A DNA stretch of 64,000 nt from Patescibacteria group bacterium. GTDB taxonomy: Bacteria > Patescibacteriota > Patescibacteriia > JBAZBY01. Below, piece after piece: positions 31,453-41,690 of the stretch (positions within the stretch are counted from its first letter, which is position 1; every line of letters starts with the position of its first letter). The stretch is from the NCBI GenBank assembly GCA_041671225.1, contig JBAZBY010000001.1, positions 30,338-94,337 on the forward strand, read 5' to 3'. The translations under genes and the position numbers were made by a program. The notes beneath the pieces are model-generated. The model saw nothing but the letters and a program-made list of their open reading frames with translations, was not told the DNA's origin and did no database searches.

Positions 31453-34125
31453 CTACAGCTCTTCCGCGTGCTTCACGCTTACCTGTCCGCCTTTTTCTAG
31501 CACCGCAATATCGCGGCGACCAAGATTCCCGGTGAGTAAAAATTTTGCAAGCGCATCATCCACCTCATCTTGAATCAAACGCCGCAACGGACGTGCTCCA
31601 AACGCAGGATCAAAACCGCGTTCAGCAAGATCGACAAGCGCTTCATCGGTCACTTCTAATGTTATTCCACGATCAGCAAGCTGAGCCTGCACCTTGCCAA
31701 TAAGCAATCGAGCAACCTGCACAATATGCTCCGGTGAAAGCGGCGTGAAAACAACGATATTATCAAAACGGTTGAGGAATTCCGGTCGGTAATACTTGCC
31801 GAGCACAACATTCATGAGCTCTTCTTTAATTGCATCAGCTCCAATACCCTCTTTTACCCGTTGCTGGATCACCGGCGTGCCGGCATTTGACGTTGCAATA
31901 ATAATCACATTGGTAAAATCCACGGTACGCCCAGTTCCGTCAGTAAGGCGACCATCATCCATCACCTGCAGGAAAAGATTCAAAATATCTGGATGTGCCT
32001 TCTCAAGTTCATCAAGCAATACGAGTGAAAATGGTTTTGCGCGCACCGCCTGTGTGAGTTGGCCTTCCCCCGCTCCGGCATACCCCGTTGGGGCACCAAG
32101 CAACCGCGCAATGCTGCTCACGTCCTGATACTCCGACATATCCAATCGCGTCATGTTTTCTTCTGAACCAAAGTACACCTCGGCGAGTGTCTTTGCGAGT
32201 TCTGTTTTCCCGACACCGGTTGGTCCAAGAAAAAGCAGGGATGCGATGGGGCGTTTTTCATCACGCAGCTCTGTGCGTGCGCGGCGGAGCGCTTTTGCAA
32301 CTGCGCTCACCGCTTCTTCCTGATTAATTAAGCGGCTGTGAATTTCATCTTCTAAATGCAGCAGCTTCTCGCGCTCATCCTTCGTCACCTCGGCAACCTG
32401 TACCTTTGTCTTTTTTGAAATAACCTTTGCGACGTCCTCGCCAGAAACGATCATATCCTGACCACGCTCACGGCGAACGAATTGCGCAACATCCTCCGTG
32501 AGACGGATGGCCTTTTCCGGCATAAGATGATCATGAATGTAACGAATAGAGAGTTCAACGATTTTTTCAACGGCGTCATAGGAAAAGAACACCCGATACT
32601 TCGCTTCGATGGGAAGAGTGCGCGCCTGCACGATACGAATAGCAAGGTCAGTATCCGGCTCACCGACAAGAATCCGCTCAAAGACGCCTTCGAGCGCGTG
32701 GCCTTCGATCACGCGACGGTAATCTGTTGGCGTTGTCGTTCCAATAACAATCTGCCCATACCGCTGCACATGATTAGAAAGCAGTTCAGCCACATCCAAA
32801 CTTGAGCCGCCCGCAGAAGAAAGCCCGACGATATTCTGCATGTTCTCAATGATCAGTATGATGTTCCCTGAGCGCGTTGCTTCAAAAAGAATGGACTCCA
32901 TGCGTTGTTCAAGTTCACCCATGGCGGCAGCGCCTGAAACAAGTTTTGCAACCGAAAGTGAAATAAGCCGCATGTCCCGCAAAAACTCCGGAACTTCCTC
33001 CGCGGCCATGCGCTGCGCAAGTCCTTCAAGAATCGCCTGTTTGCCCACGCCAGGGTCGCCAACAAGCAGTGGCATGGCTTGTCTCTGCGAAAGAACTTCG
33101 AAGATATGCTGAAATTCATCATCGCGACCAACCATGGCACTCAGCATGCCGCGACGCGCGAGGTCGGTCATGTCATTGCCAAAGCGGTCAAGAAGCGGCG
33201 TGGCGATTGCGGTCATCGCTTTGTTCATGCCGCTTTTGGAGCGATGAGATGCCTTAAGTCGTGAAGAACTCAAATGACTTGTATGCCTATGCGCAAGATA
33301 CATCCATTCAATGACATTATGCAGCTTACGCGTATCAACGCTCAGATCAAAGAGTACTTCACTCGCAATGGATTCTGTTTCTGATATGGCGAGGATGATT
33401 TCTTCGGTCTGCACGTGATCCTGACGGAACATCAGCGTTTCCAAAAAGGAGTGCACCAACAAACGCTGCGTAATCACGCTCAACACAGGCCGATGCTCTC
33501 CACGTGGAAACTTCTCAAGTTGGCGACCAATCTTTTCAACAAGTTGTTGCTGGGAGATGCCAAGTCGGGTCATGACAAAACTGCCATTCTTTGTTTGCAA
33601 TGATGCCGCAAGAAGATGTAATGGCATGACCTCCACATGATGAAAACGCTTTGCCAAAAGCCATGCCTCCTCCACCATATCATGAGCGGGCTGTGAGAAA
33701 TACTGTTCAATATGAATCAAATTCTTATCTTTTGCGATCTCCTCACGCGTCAGCGGTTCGCCAACCGTAAACTGCGCGTATGAAAAGGCATCAAGCCGTT
33801 TGATGCGATGCATCTCTCTATCAAAGCGGTAGATCAAATAGAGATCGGTAAAAAGTGAAAGCCAGAACACGCTCATCGGTCCATTCTTAAGGTCAAACCA
33901 CTCTTGAAGCGTGCCGCCTATATTGACGCTCTCATAGAACTGCCAAAACCCTAAACCAAGTCCCACAATACCAAAAGCGAGCAATGTACCGTTCACGACG
34001 GTCAGTACCATGCGTTCTAACTTTGCCTCGTGACGAGAGCGGTCACTGGGAACACGGCCCCAGAGCAAACCATTGCCGTGTTTACCAACAACAACTGTTA
34101 TGCCATGAGCGTCTTTTCGCTCCAT
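31453..34125 (-). CDS. membrane-anchored ClpC/ClpB-like AAA+ ATPase with catalytically degenerate D1 module
   Basis: Two AAA+ modules. D2 is intact (GPTGVGKTE, LLDELEKAHPD). D1 has GDPGVGKQA (Thr replaced by Gln) and IIENMQ in place of IDELH. Clp_N domain present, preceded by two TM helices. The ORF track starts at 34203, overlapping the upstream gene; an internal ATG at 34125 is proposed. Confidence 0.85.
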   Translation of the reverse strand: MERKDAHGITVVVGKHGNGLLWGRVPSDRSRHEAKLERMVLTVVNGTLLAFGIVGLGLGFWQFYESVNIGGTLQEWFDLKNGPMSVFWLSLFTDLYLIYRFDREMHRIKRLDAFSYAQFTVGEPLTREEIAKDKNLIHIEQYFSQPAHDMVEEAWLLAKRFHHVEVMPLHLLAASLQTKNGSFVMTRLGISQQQLVEKIGRQLEKFPRGEHRPVLSVITQRLLVHSFLETLMFRQDHVQTEEIILAISETESIASEVLFDLSVDTRKLHNVIEWMYLAHRHTSHLSSSRLKASHRSKSGMNKAMTAIATPLLDRFGNDMTDLARRGMLSAMVGRDDEFQHIFEVLSQRQAMPLLVGDPGVGKQAILEGLAQRMAAEEVPEFLRDMRLISLSVAKLVSGAAAMGELEQRMESILFEATRSGNIILIIENMQNIVGLSSAGGSSLDVAELLSNHVQRYGQIVIGTTTPTDYRRVIEGHALEGVFERILVGEPDTDLAIRIVQARTLPIEAKYRVFFSYDAVEKIVELSIRYIHDHLMPEKAIRLTEDVAQFVRRERGQDMIVSGEDVAKVISKKTKVQVAEVTKDEREKLLHLEDEIHSRLINQEEAVSAVAKALRRARTELRDEKRPIASLLFLGPTGVGKTELAKTLAEVYFGSEENMTRLDMSEYQDVSSIARLLGAPTGYAGAGEGQLTQAVRAKPFSLVLLDELEKAHPDILNLFLQVMDDGRLTDGTGRTVDFTNVIIIATSNAGTPVIQQRVKEGIGADAIKEELMNVVLGKYYRPEFLNRFDNIVVFTPLSPEHIVQVARLLIGKVQAQLADRGITLEVTDEALVDLAERGFDPAFGARPLRRLIQDEVDDALAKFLLTGNLGRRDIAVLEKGGQVSVKHAEEL

Positions 34126-34156
34126 GACAGAAGGATGGGCAAGATGTTTTTCAAAA

Positions 34157-34531
34157 TTAGCCAACGTGAAATACTGAACGAATAAAAAGATACGCAGTGC
34201 CAATAGGCAACGCGAGCCACAGAAGAACGAAAAGTACTAAAATCAGAAGCCACAACACATACATCACAATACGAACGCCAAACAATATCAAACGCAGCAC
34301 CAGGGAAATGGCACGGCCAGATTTTGTATAATCGCCGTACATCGGCTTCAAGAGATTCTTGAAAAGTACGACAATGGAAAGATTCCGAATCCCCTGCAAT
34401 GCTTCTTGCCCAAAAAACTGCAAGGCACGCCATGTACCAGTGGTATACCACCAGACAGGAAAACGTAATACATCAAAGAGCAGTGTCGTCAGCAGAAAAA
34501 TAATTGCCCGTTTAGTAACAGATGTTGCCAT
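34157..34531 (-). CDS. hypothetical membrane protein
   Basis: Hydrophobic ORF. The ORF-track start (34603) is Cys/Phe-rich junk; the ATG at 34531 (MATSVTKRAIIFLL) is the likelier start. Confidence 0.5.
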   Translation of the reverse strand: MATSVTKRAIIFLLTTLLFDVLRFPVWWYTTGTWRALQFFGQEALQGIRNLSIVVLFKNLLKPMYGDYTKSGRAISLVLRLILFGVRIVMYVLWLLILVLFVLLWLALPIGTAYLFIRSVFHVG

Positions 34532-34626
34532 AAAGGTATTACAACAGAAAAATGCTTTTGCAGCAACGTAAAAGCACCTCCAGCATACCGAGGAACCGCG
34601 CAAATAACGTATTCGAGATTATTCCC

Positions 34627-36504
34627 TTATTCTTCAAGAATCACAATGCCCTGGCCTGCTGCGCGTGTATCATGCAACAAATCTGTGGTCATTGTCGCGA
34701 TAGATGATGAAAGTGCTTCACCCGTATGCACGTCAGTTGCGGTAACAGTGGCGGCATCGACCAACACTGGTGTACTACCAATCTGATTTGTGGTTGGGGT
34801 AATACGCACGGTAAACTGGGCTGAAAGGATTGCCGAAAGCGTCCCAGTGCCTGCGGGGATGGTATTCACCTCCCAGCGCACCTCGCGGGTTACAGAATCA
34901 AAAGCAATCGTACCGGCGGTTGCGTTAAAATCCATTCCAGGCCAAAAAACATCTCGCGGTATGGTCGCAACAACAGAAAACGTGTCTGCATTGTTCGTGG
35001 TATTTGATGCAAACCATTGAATGACATACGTTGTTGATTGCCCTGCTTCTGGCGGAATAGGACCATCACCGATCGGGATCCCCTCTTCATCGTAGTACCG
35101 CGCTTCTCCGGTAACATTCAAAGTAGTGGCGACAGGAAGCACCAATGTGCGTTCTGTTCCTGCGAGTGTGGGATCATCCAGACCACTGATACTACCAACA
35201 TTCGAACGCGCAGTAAGAGAAACATTCTGCAAAAAATCATCTTCGCTTGCCGGCGTAAGTGGCTGCTGCACGGTCAATGAAAGCGTCACATCTCCCTTTG
35301 CTCCAGGTTTCAATTGTTCGAGACTCGAAATTTCATCCTTCGTCCATATAAACGTCAAGCCATCAACGCGTGCCTCAGGAATCGTTGAAAGATTCGATGC
35401 CACAAGCGGACTCTTGTCATCCACGACCATCGTGAGCGTCACATCAGTGAGTGCAAGTTCAGAGGTATTCTCATACGAGAGCTTCACGGGAATGCGATCC
35501 CCTGGTTTGATGGGAATCGTTGTGTCTTCATCCGCGCGTTCAAGCGTAAGAAAAAGTTCAGGCTTCACAAGTAAGATAAGCACGCTTGCCCTTCCTTGCG
35601 TGTCCTCAATGCCGTTGCGATTCAACGAAGAGACAATGCTCAATTCAACGAACTCCTGCTCACTTGCCGCAAACACTCCAGAAAACGTCAACTCCTTTTC
35701 TTCATCGGGTGCGATAGAATCAATGCTCCACCGTTGTCCATCTGAAATTTCTGGGGTACTGCTTGTAAGCGTAAAGTCCTCTGGTGTGCCTATGGTCAGG
35801 CGCAAGGCAGAAAGCGCATCGCTACTCGTATTCGTTACCACAACCTTCCAGGTTCCCTCGCTCCCCGGTGCGATCTCCTGCGGACCCTCGATATCCATCA
35901 TAAGCGCCGAGGCCCCAATACGAACATTGACGCGATCCGTTTCATGAAACTGATAATTAAAATTCTCTGGTTGAAAGGTAAAGGTAAAGCCAAATTCCTT
36001 TTCCTCACCCACGGCACCAATGAGATTACCAGTCAACGTTAGACTATTTTCTTCACCCGGAGAAAGCGTGCCGAGGGTATATGCGTTCTTTGCTTCATTA
36101 TCCGCAGAACGGCTTGCGTTCTTTACGGTATACCCCGAAGGAAATTGAATGGTCATCACAAAATCCTTCAACGCGACATCCTCCACATTCGTCATTGTCA
36201 ACGTAATGGAAAAATCCTCACCAGCAGCAACGCGTTCTGGTATCTGGGCCTCTACACGTACGCTCTTGCCGCTATATTCCGCATCCTGCGCAATAAAAAG
36301 GAAAAAACCTGCTGTTGCGGCACCAAGAAGAACGACCGTAACAATGAGAACGATGTAAAATATCTTCCGAGGATTCCGCTTCTTGCGCTCAAAACGCGTC
36401 ATGTCCACACGCCGTCCCTCTTCTTTGAATATTTCAGAAAGCTGCGACTTCGGTTTGCGAATGCCAGAGGTTCTACGGATGCTTTCTGTTGTTCTATTTT
36501 CCAT
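34627..36504 (-). CDS. large membrane-anchored surface protein with repeated beta-sandwich (DUF11/CARDB-like) domains
   Basis: 625 aa with an N-terminal basic segment plus TM anchor, then Thr/Ser/Val-rich repeated modules with recurring G-x-x-L-T-x-T and TxTN motifs. Confidence 0.6.
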   Translation of the reverse strand: MENRTTESIRRTSGIRKPKSQLSEIFKEEGRRVDMTRFERKKRNPRKIFYIVLIVTVVLLGAATAGFFLFIAQDAEYSGKSVRVEAQIPERVAAGEDFSITLTMTNVEDVALKDFVMTIQFPSGYTVKNASRSADNEAKNAYTLGTLSPGEENSLTLTGNLIGAVGEEKEFGFTFTFQPENFNYQFHETDRVNVRIGASALMMDIEGPQEIAPGSEGTWKVVVTNTSSDALSALRLTIGTPEDFTLTSSTPEISDGQRWSIDSIAPDEEKELTFSGVFAASEQEFVELSIVSSLNRNGIEDTQGRASVLILLVKPELFLTLERADEDTTIPIKPGDRIPVKLSYENTSELALTDVTLTMVVDDKSPLVASNLSTIPEARVDGLTFIWTKDEISSLEQLKPGAKGDVTLSLTVQQPLTPASEDDFLQNVSLTARSNVGSISGLDDPTLAGTERTLVLPVATTLNVTGEARYYDEEGIPIGDGPIPPEAGQSTTYVIQWFASNTTNNADTFSVVATIPRDVFWPGMDFNATAGTIAFDSVTREVRWEVNTIPAGTGTLSAILSAQFTVRITPTTNQIGSTPVLVDAATVTATDVHTGEALSSSIATMTTDLLHDTRAAGQGIVILEE

Positions 36505-36516
36505 ACATACAGTATA

Positions 36517-37254
36517 TCACGCTTCGCTCTGAAGCACGGAGGTCAGAAAAGCATCAGAGCGCAATGGATGGTCTAATTTACTATAAATAAAGGTGCGCAA
36601 AGCACGATAGAGTTCCGGCGCAAAGCCCGGATCGCTCGCTGGCGGTTCATCGGATGCGAGCAATGCTTCAAGCGTTCCACGCTCCTGCCGTGTTATGCGC
36701 GGGAGGTCGCTTATACTCGCCTCTTCCGCAAGAACAAAACCGCCATGAGAAGGATCAAACACGCCATCATCTGCATCGCGACCGCTGACGACACTCTGCA
36801 CAAAAGCTGCCTCATAACCTAACGCGGCAAGTAACTGCAGATGGACAAGATCCACAAAGCCGCGAAAAATGGGTTGTGGATTCTCCAGGCGTTCCAATGC
36901 CTTCTCAACAAGAGTAAAAATACGCTCATCAGGATGATACGGCTTCACAAGTTGATCCAATAACTCTGTGATACTATGCGCAGCACCAAAGCGAGGCAGA
37001 CTTTCTGTTAACGTGCGGAATCGCTTCTCCACAACAGCACCAATAACCTGATCATTCCGCGGACCATGCGCAATGGAAAGCTTAATGATGAGAAGCGGCT
37101 CAAGGGAGCCCGCGAGCTTGGACGTAATGCGCTGGGTGCCCCGCGCCATGCCATCCACCTTGCCAAGATCGCGCGTATAAAAAATAACCCTCCGGTCAAA
37201 TGACCGATACGGGTACCACCGGAGTACGATTGCGTCTGTGGTACGCGAATTCAT
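36517..37254 (-). CDS. recO: DNA repair protein RecO
   Basis: N-terminal OB-fold segment DAIVLRWYPYRSFDRRVIFYTRDLGKV and RecO overall length. 4-nt overlap with ileS. Confidence 0.8.
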   Translation of the reverse strand: MNSRTTDAIVLRWYPYRSFDRRVIFYTRDLGKVDGMARGTQRITSKLAGSLEPLLIIKLSIAHGPRNDQVIGAVVEKRFRTLTESLPRFGAAHSITELLDQLVKPYHPDERIFTLVEKALERLENPQPIFRGFVDLVHLQLLAALGYEAAFVQSVVSGRDADDGVFDPSHGGFVLAEEASISDLPRITRQERGTLEALLASDEPPASDPGFAPELYRALRTFIYSKLDHPLRSDAFLTSVLQSEA

Positions 37255-40109
37255 GTTTTTTTGAGCGTGAAGCGCACTGTCATCTCACCAAGCTTCACCT
37301 CAACATCTCCTTCGCTCCCCTTTTTGATTGCCGTTGCCCGCGTTGTCTCCATGATCTGCTTGCCATACGTCGCAAAGAAGGCATCCGCATCATCGCCCGC
37401 ATACGTTATGTGTACGGTATCCTCTGGAGTGAATTGCTGCTTTTTGCGCTCAGCATTCACGGCACGCGTGAATTCACGGACCCAGCCGAATTCCTTCAGC
37501 TCATCAGTGAGGGTTATATCGAGACCAACGTGAATCTCACCTTCGGAAACGCGCACCCAATCATCGCCATGCGGCACAGGCGCAACCAGCACTTCCTGCA
37601 CATTCATCTCTGCGGCAAGGATCCCTTTCATCTTCTCATCCAGCTTCACACCGGCAATCGCAAGTTGCGCAAGCGGCTGACGCACCTTCATTTTTGCCTG
37701 TTCACGCGCGGCATGCCCCATCACGACAATTCTTCGCACGGCAGCCATCTGCGTGAGAAGCTCCTCATCGCTTTTCTCTCCTTTTGGCCAATCCTCAAGA
37801 TGCACAGAATCCTTCTCACCGCCGACCGCCGCATACATATGCTCAGCAAAAAATGGTGCAAAGGGCGCCATGAGTTTTGCAAGCGTGCCAAGCGCCATAC
37901 CGAGCGTCTGAGTTGCCGCGGCATTCCCTGCACGGAAGCGGTCTCGCGAACGACGCACATACCACGTTGAAAGATCCTGAATATACTCATCAATGGCCCG
38001 CACTGCGCGTGTAATATTCAATTCGTCCAGCTCCTTTGTCACATAGATGACAAGCGCATTTGTACGCGCAATAAGCCATTCATCAAGGATATGCTTTTCA
38101 TCACTGCCCACAGCGCTATCTTTATTGAGCACATAAAACTTCACAACATTATCAAGGATAAGGAATGTCTTTTTAATAACCGTCTGCACAGCTTGCGGGT
38201 CCATGTTCTTCCCCTCACCCGGATCATTCACAATATAAAAATACCAACGTACGGCATCGGCGGAGCTTTCTTGAATGACGTCCCAGGGGCTCACCACGTT
38301 CCCAATATGCTTGGACATTTTCTTACCATGCTTGTCATTCACGTGCCCGAGTGAGATCACATTTTTGAACGGCGGTTCCTTATACCCCATGGCCGTTGCG
38401 ACCGCGAGCAACGTATAAAACCAGCCGCGGGTCTGATCAATCGCCTCACAAATGAAATCCGCAGGGAAGTTTATGCCCTTCTCAATGCGCTCCGTATTTT
38501 CAAATGGATAATGCCATTGTGCAAACGGCATGGATCCGGAATCGAACCACGTATCCATCACTTCTGGAACGCGGCGCATTACTCCATCACATTTCCCACA
38601 TTTCCATGCGAGTTCATCCACGAACGGCTTGTGCGGATCGAATTGCACATTATCCGCTCGAATGCTGGAATCCCCGGTTTTCTCCGCAAGCTCGCTGAAA
38701 CTGCCGATGCATTCCTGGTTCCCGCACTTTTCGCACTGCCAGATGGGTATGGGCGTTCCCCAATACCGGCTGCGGGAAATTGCCCAGTCCACCACGTTAT
38801 TCAGCCATTCACCAAAACGACCGTCCTTGAGATGCGCGGGGATCCAGTTGATCTGGCTGTTGTTTGCCAGCAACTCTTTCTTCACCTTGCTCATGGCAAT
38901 GAACCACGAGGATTTTGCATAATAGAGGAGCGCAGTATCGCAACGCCAACAGAACGGATAGGTATGCGTGTAATTCTCCTGTTTGTACAGTTTGCCATGC
39001 GCATCAAGCCACTGAATAATCTCTCCATCCGTTTCCTTCACGCGCTTTCCAGTGAACGGGCCGGCGTCCTGCGTGAAGAATCCGCGTTCATCAACGGTAT
39101 GATATTTTGGCAGATCCAACTGCTCACCAAGCGCATAGTCATCCGCGCCGTACATCACGGCGGTATGCACCACGCCTGTGCCGTCTGCCGTTGTTACAAA
39201 ATCTGCAGCCGCAACATAATACGCATCCTTGCCGGTCTTTTCTTTGAGGTTCACGCCTTCCACAAGTGGAGCGTACCGTTTGCCAACCAGATCACTGCCC
39301 GAAAGTTTTTCGACTACTTCATACTCACCATCCAGTGCAACAAGTCGTGCTTTTGCAAGATAATAGAAATCATTTCCCTGCTTCGCTTTCACATACTCAA
39401 TATCTTCTCCAACAGCAAGCGCAACATTTCCCGGCAGCGTCCACGGCGTTGTGGTCCACGCAAGGATGTATGTGTTCTCTTCGTCTTCTACTTTGAACTT
39501 CACATACACCGCCGGCTCGGTCACCTCTTCATACCCCTGCGCAACCTCGTGATCAGAAAGCGTGGTGCCGCAGCGCGGGCAATACGGCAGCACTTTGTGT
39601 CCGGTGATGAACAACCCGCGGTCATAGATCTTTTTCACGATGGCCCACAATGATTCGATGTACGGATTCTCATACGTCACATACGGATGCTCCATGTCCA
39701 GCCAGAACCCCACGCGCTCAGTGAGCTGCTCCCATTCCTCTTTGTACTTCCACACGCTCTTGCGGCACTCGGCATTGAACTTTTCCACGCCAAATTTCTC
39801 GATATCTTGTTTTCCAGACACGCCGATCTGTTTTTCTACCTCAAGTTCCACGGGCAAGCCTTGCGTGTCCCAACCCGCTTTGCGCTCAACAAAAAAACCC
39901 TGCATGGTCTTGTAACGCGGGATGACATCTTTATACGCACGCGTAATCACGTGGCCGATGTGCGGCTTGCCATTAGCGGTCGGTGGGCCCTCAAAAAACA
40001 CGTACGGCGTACCGTCCTTGGTCTTTTCTAGTGTCTGCTCAAAAATATGCTGCTTTTTCCAGCGCGCGAGAACCTCTTCTTCACGTTCCTGCAAGGATTT
40101 TTCACCCAT
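37251..40109 (-). CDS. ileS: isoleucine--tRNA ligase
   Basis: HIGH (PHIGHVITR) and KMSKS (KMSKHIGN) motifs, a CP1 editing domain and a C-terminal zinc-binding region; 952 aa. Confidence 0.97.
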   Translation of the reverse strand: MGEKSLQEREEEVLARWKKQHIFEQTLEKTKDGTPYVFFEGPPTANGKPHIGHVITRAYKDVIPRYKTMQGFFVERKAGWDTQGLPVELEVEKQIGVSGKQDIEKFGVEKFNAECRKSVWKYKEEWEQLTERVGFWLDMEHPYVTYENPYIESLWAIVKKIYDRGLFITGHKVLPYCPRCGTTLSDHEVAQGYEEVTEPAVYVKFKVEDEENTYILAWTTTPWTLPGNVALAVGEDIEYVKAKQGNDFYYLAKARLVALDGEYEVVEKLSGSDLVGKRYAPLVEGVNLKEKTGKDAYYVAAADFVTTADGTGVVHTAVMYGADDYALGEQLDLPKYHTVDERGFFTQDAGPFTGKRVKETDGEIIQWLDAHGKLYKQENYTHTYPFCWRCDTALLYYAKSSWFIAMSKVKKELLANNSQINWIPAHLKDGRFGEWLNNVVDWAISRSRYWGTPIPIWQCEKCGNQECIGSFSELAEKTGDSSIRADNVQFDPHKPFVDELAWKCGKCDGVMRRVPEVMDTWFDSGSMPFAQWHYPFENTERIEKGINFPADFICEAIDQTRGWFYTLLAVATAMGYKEPPFKNVISLGHVNDKHGKKMSKHIGNVVSPWDVIQESSADAVRWYFYIVNDPGEGKNMDPQAVQTVIKKTFLILDNVVKFYVLNKDSAVGSDEKHILDEWLIARTNALVIYVTKELDELNITRAVRAIDEYIQDLSTWYVRRSRDRFRAGNAAATQTLGMALGTLAKLMAPFAPFFAEHMYAAVGGEKDSVHLEDWPKGEKSDEELLTQMAAVRRIVVMGHAAREQAKMKVRQPLAQLAIAGVKLDEKMKGILAAEMNVQEVLVAPVPHGDDWVRVSEGEIHVGLDITLTDELKEFGWVREFTRAVNAERKKQQFTPEDTVHITYAGDDADAFFATYGKQIMETTRATAIKKGSEGDVEVKLGEMTVRFTLKKT

Positions 40110-40166
40110 ACTGTGGAGCCAGTGTACTGGTTTTTCTGTTCTTTTTCAAGATGATTCGTACGCCTT

Positions 40167-40400
40167 TCAAGCGTCCGCAGCAGTTGTGAACTTCTTGAGC
40201 CTGCTCTTCTTACCCCTCACGAGCGTCAGCGTACTTGGTGCAACATCGAGCTCCTCCGCAAGGAGTTTGGTTATCGCTTCATTTGCCTTGTTCTTTTCTG
40301 AAGGCTCGGTCGTAAAAATACGGAACGTCGTGTCGTCCACTCGCTCTACTTTATTCATCTGTGCTGACGCTTTTGCAAGAACCGTAATGACTCTTCCCAT
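40167..40400 (-). CDS. DUF167 (YggU-like) family protein
   Basis: C-terminal part matches the DUF167 pattern (KANEAITKLLAEELDVAPSTLTLVRGKKSRLKKF). The ORF track extends to 40508 through the inverted-repeat element; the ATG at 40400 is proposed. Confidence 0.6.
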   Translation of the reverse strand: MGRVITVLAKASAQMNKVERVDDTTFRIFTTEPSEKNKANEAITKLLAEELDVAPSTLTLVRGKKSRLKKFTTAADA

Positions 40401-40414
40401 TTTTTTAACTAAAG

Positions 40415-40519
40415 ACGAAGATATGTGCGGAGCTAAGCCGACGAGGACTGTTTGACGATCCTGAGCTTGTCGAAGGGGAGGAGTTCCGCAGTCGGCGCAG
40501 CGACGCACATATCTTCGTC
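40415..40519. repeat. perfect 16-bp inverted repeat (GACGAAGATATGTGCG / CGCACATATCTTCGTC) flanking a 73-nt spacer
   Basis: Arms at 40415-40430 and 40504-40519 are exact reverse complements. Located in the 123-nt intergenic space between the GT4 and DUF167 genes. Confidence 0.7.
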
Positions 40520-40523
40520 ACCC

Positions 40524-41681
40524 TCATGCACCATGCTTTATGGTGCGTTCAACCCGCTGGTATACCTTGAGCGTCTCACGTGCGGTTCGCTCCCATGAAA
40601 ACTGTTGCGCTTTGCGCTTTCCTCGGCGCGCGAGCTCGATGCGGAATTTTGGATTCACTAACATAGAACCCATGGCTCGAGTCATTGCGCTGACATCCTC
40701 CGCATTCACAAGCATGCCGGAACGGCCGATGATCTCTGAAAGGCTCGAGGTGTCGCTTGCAATCACTGGCGTGCCGAGCTGCATTGCTTCCAAAACGGGC
40801 AGACCAAAGCCTTCATACAGTGATGGGAAGACAAACGCAATGGCGCCTTTCATCAGTTCCACTTTTTCTTCCTGAGAAACATAACCAAGAAGTCGCACGT
40901 GCCGTTGCATCTTCTCTTGTTTGATCATCGCAGTCACATCTTCATGGCGATACCCCTTTGCCCCGACAATCAAAAACTCTGTCTCACTCGCGAGCTCGCC
41001 CTCTCGACGCACAAAACGTGCGTATGCTTGAATCGCATGCGGAAGATTCTTGCGCGGCTCCAACGTTCCCACAAAAAGAAAATAGGGTTTTGTGAGTTTG
41101 CACTTCTTCTTCACGCGCTCTGCTCCACCGCGTTTGCGCTTGAATTCTTCAACGCCTTCATAGATCACGCTGATCTTCTTACTCGGAATATTGAAGAGCA
41201 TTTGAATATCATCTGCGGTTGATTCAGAAACAGCAATAATGCGATCTGCCTCCCTGAGACTGCGCGGCACTAAGACGCTCGTTGAAAGGACCTGACGCGG
41301 AAACCATGTTGGTTCCCGATAAATGGCAAGGTCATGAATGGTGATGACAGATGGTTTGTGGTATGACAGGGGCAAAATATTTGCTGGCGCGTGAAACACA
41401 TCCAACTGGGCGTTTGAAAGTACCTTGGGCACCACGCCATGCGCATAGGTTATCGGAAGAAATTTCTTATACCGTGAAAACGGAAAGCGTCGAATCTCTA
41501 CATTGGAATATTGCGCAAACAACTGTGTATCCTTCACCCGATGATCAAAAAAAAGTACGTACGTATTCTTCGTATCATACTGCAAAAGATGTTGCACAAG
41601 ATAGGCAGTGTAATGCCCAATTCCTGCCTGCTCCCCGAGCTCGGGACTTAAAATATTGCGACAATCAATCCCAATGCGCAT
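40524..41681 (-). CDS. GT4-family glycosyltransferase
   Basis: C-terminal GT-B signature EGFGLPVLEAMQLGTPVIASD. Confidence 0.88.
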   Translation of the reverse strand: MRIGIDCRNILSPELGEQAGIGHYTAYLVQHLLQYDTKNTYVLFFDHRVKDTQLFAQYSNVEIRRFPFSRYKKFLPITYAHGVVPKVLSNAQLDVFHAPANILPLSYHKPSVITIHDLAIYREPTWFPRQVLSTSVLVPRSLREADRIIAVSESTADDIQMLFNIPSKKISVIYEGVEEFKRKRGGAERVKKKCKLTKPYFLFVGTLEPRKNLPHAIQAYARFVRREGELASETEFLIVGAKGYRHEDVTAMIKQEKMQRHVRLLGYVSQEEKVELMKGAIAFVFPSLYEGFGLPVLEAMQLGTPVIASDTSSLSEIIGRSGMLVNAEDVSAMTRAMGSMLVNPKFRIELARRGKRKAQQFSWERTARETLKVYQRVERTIKHGA

Positions 41682-41690
41682 GTGTCTGCG

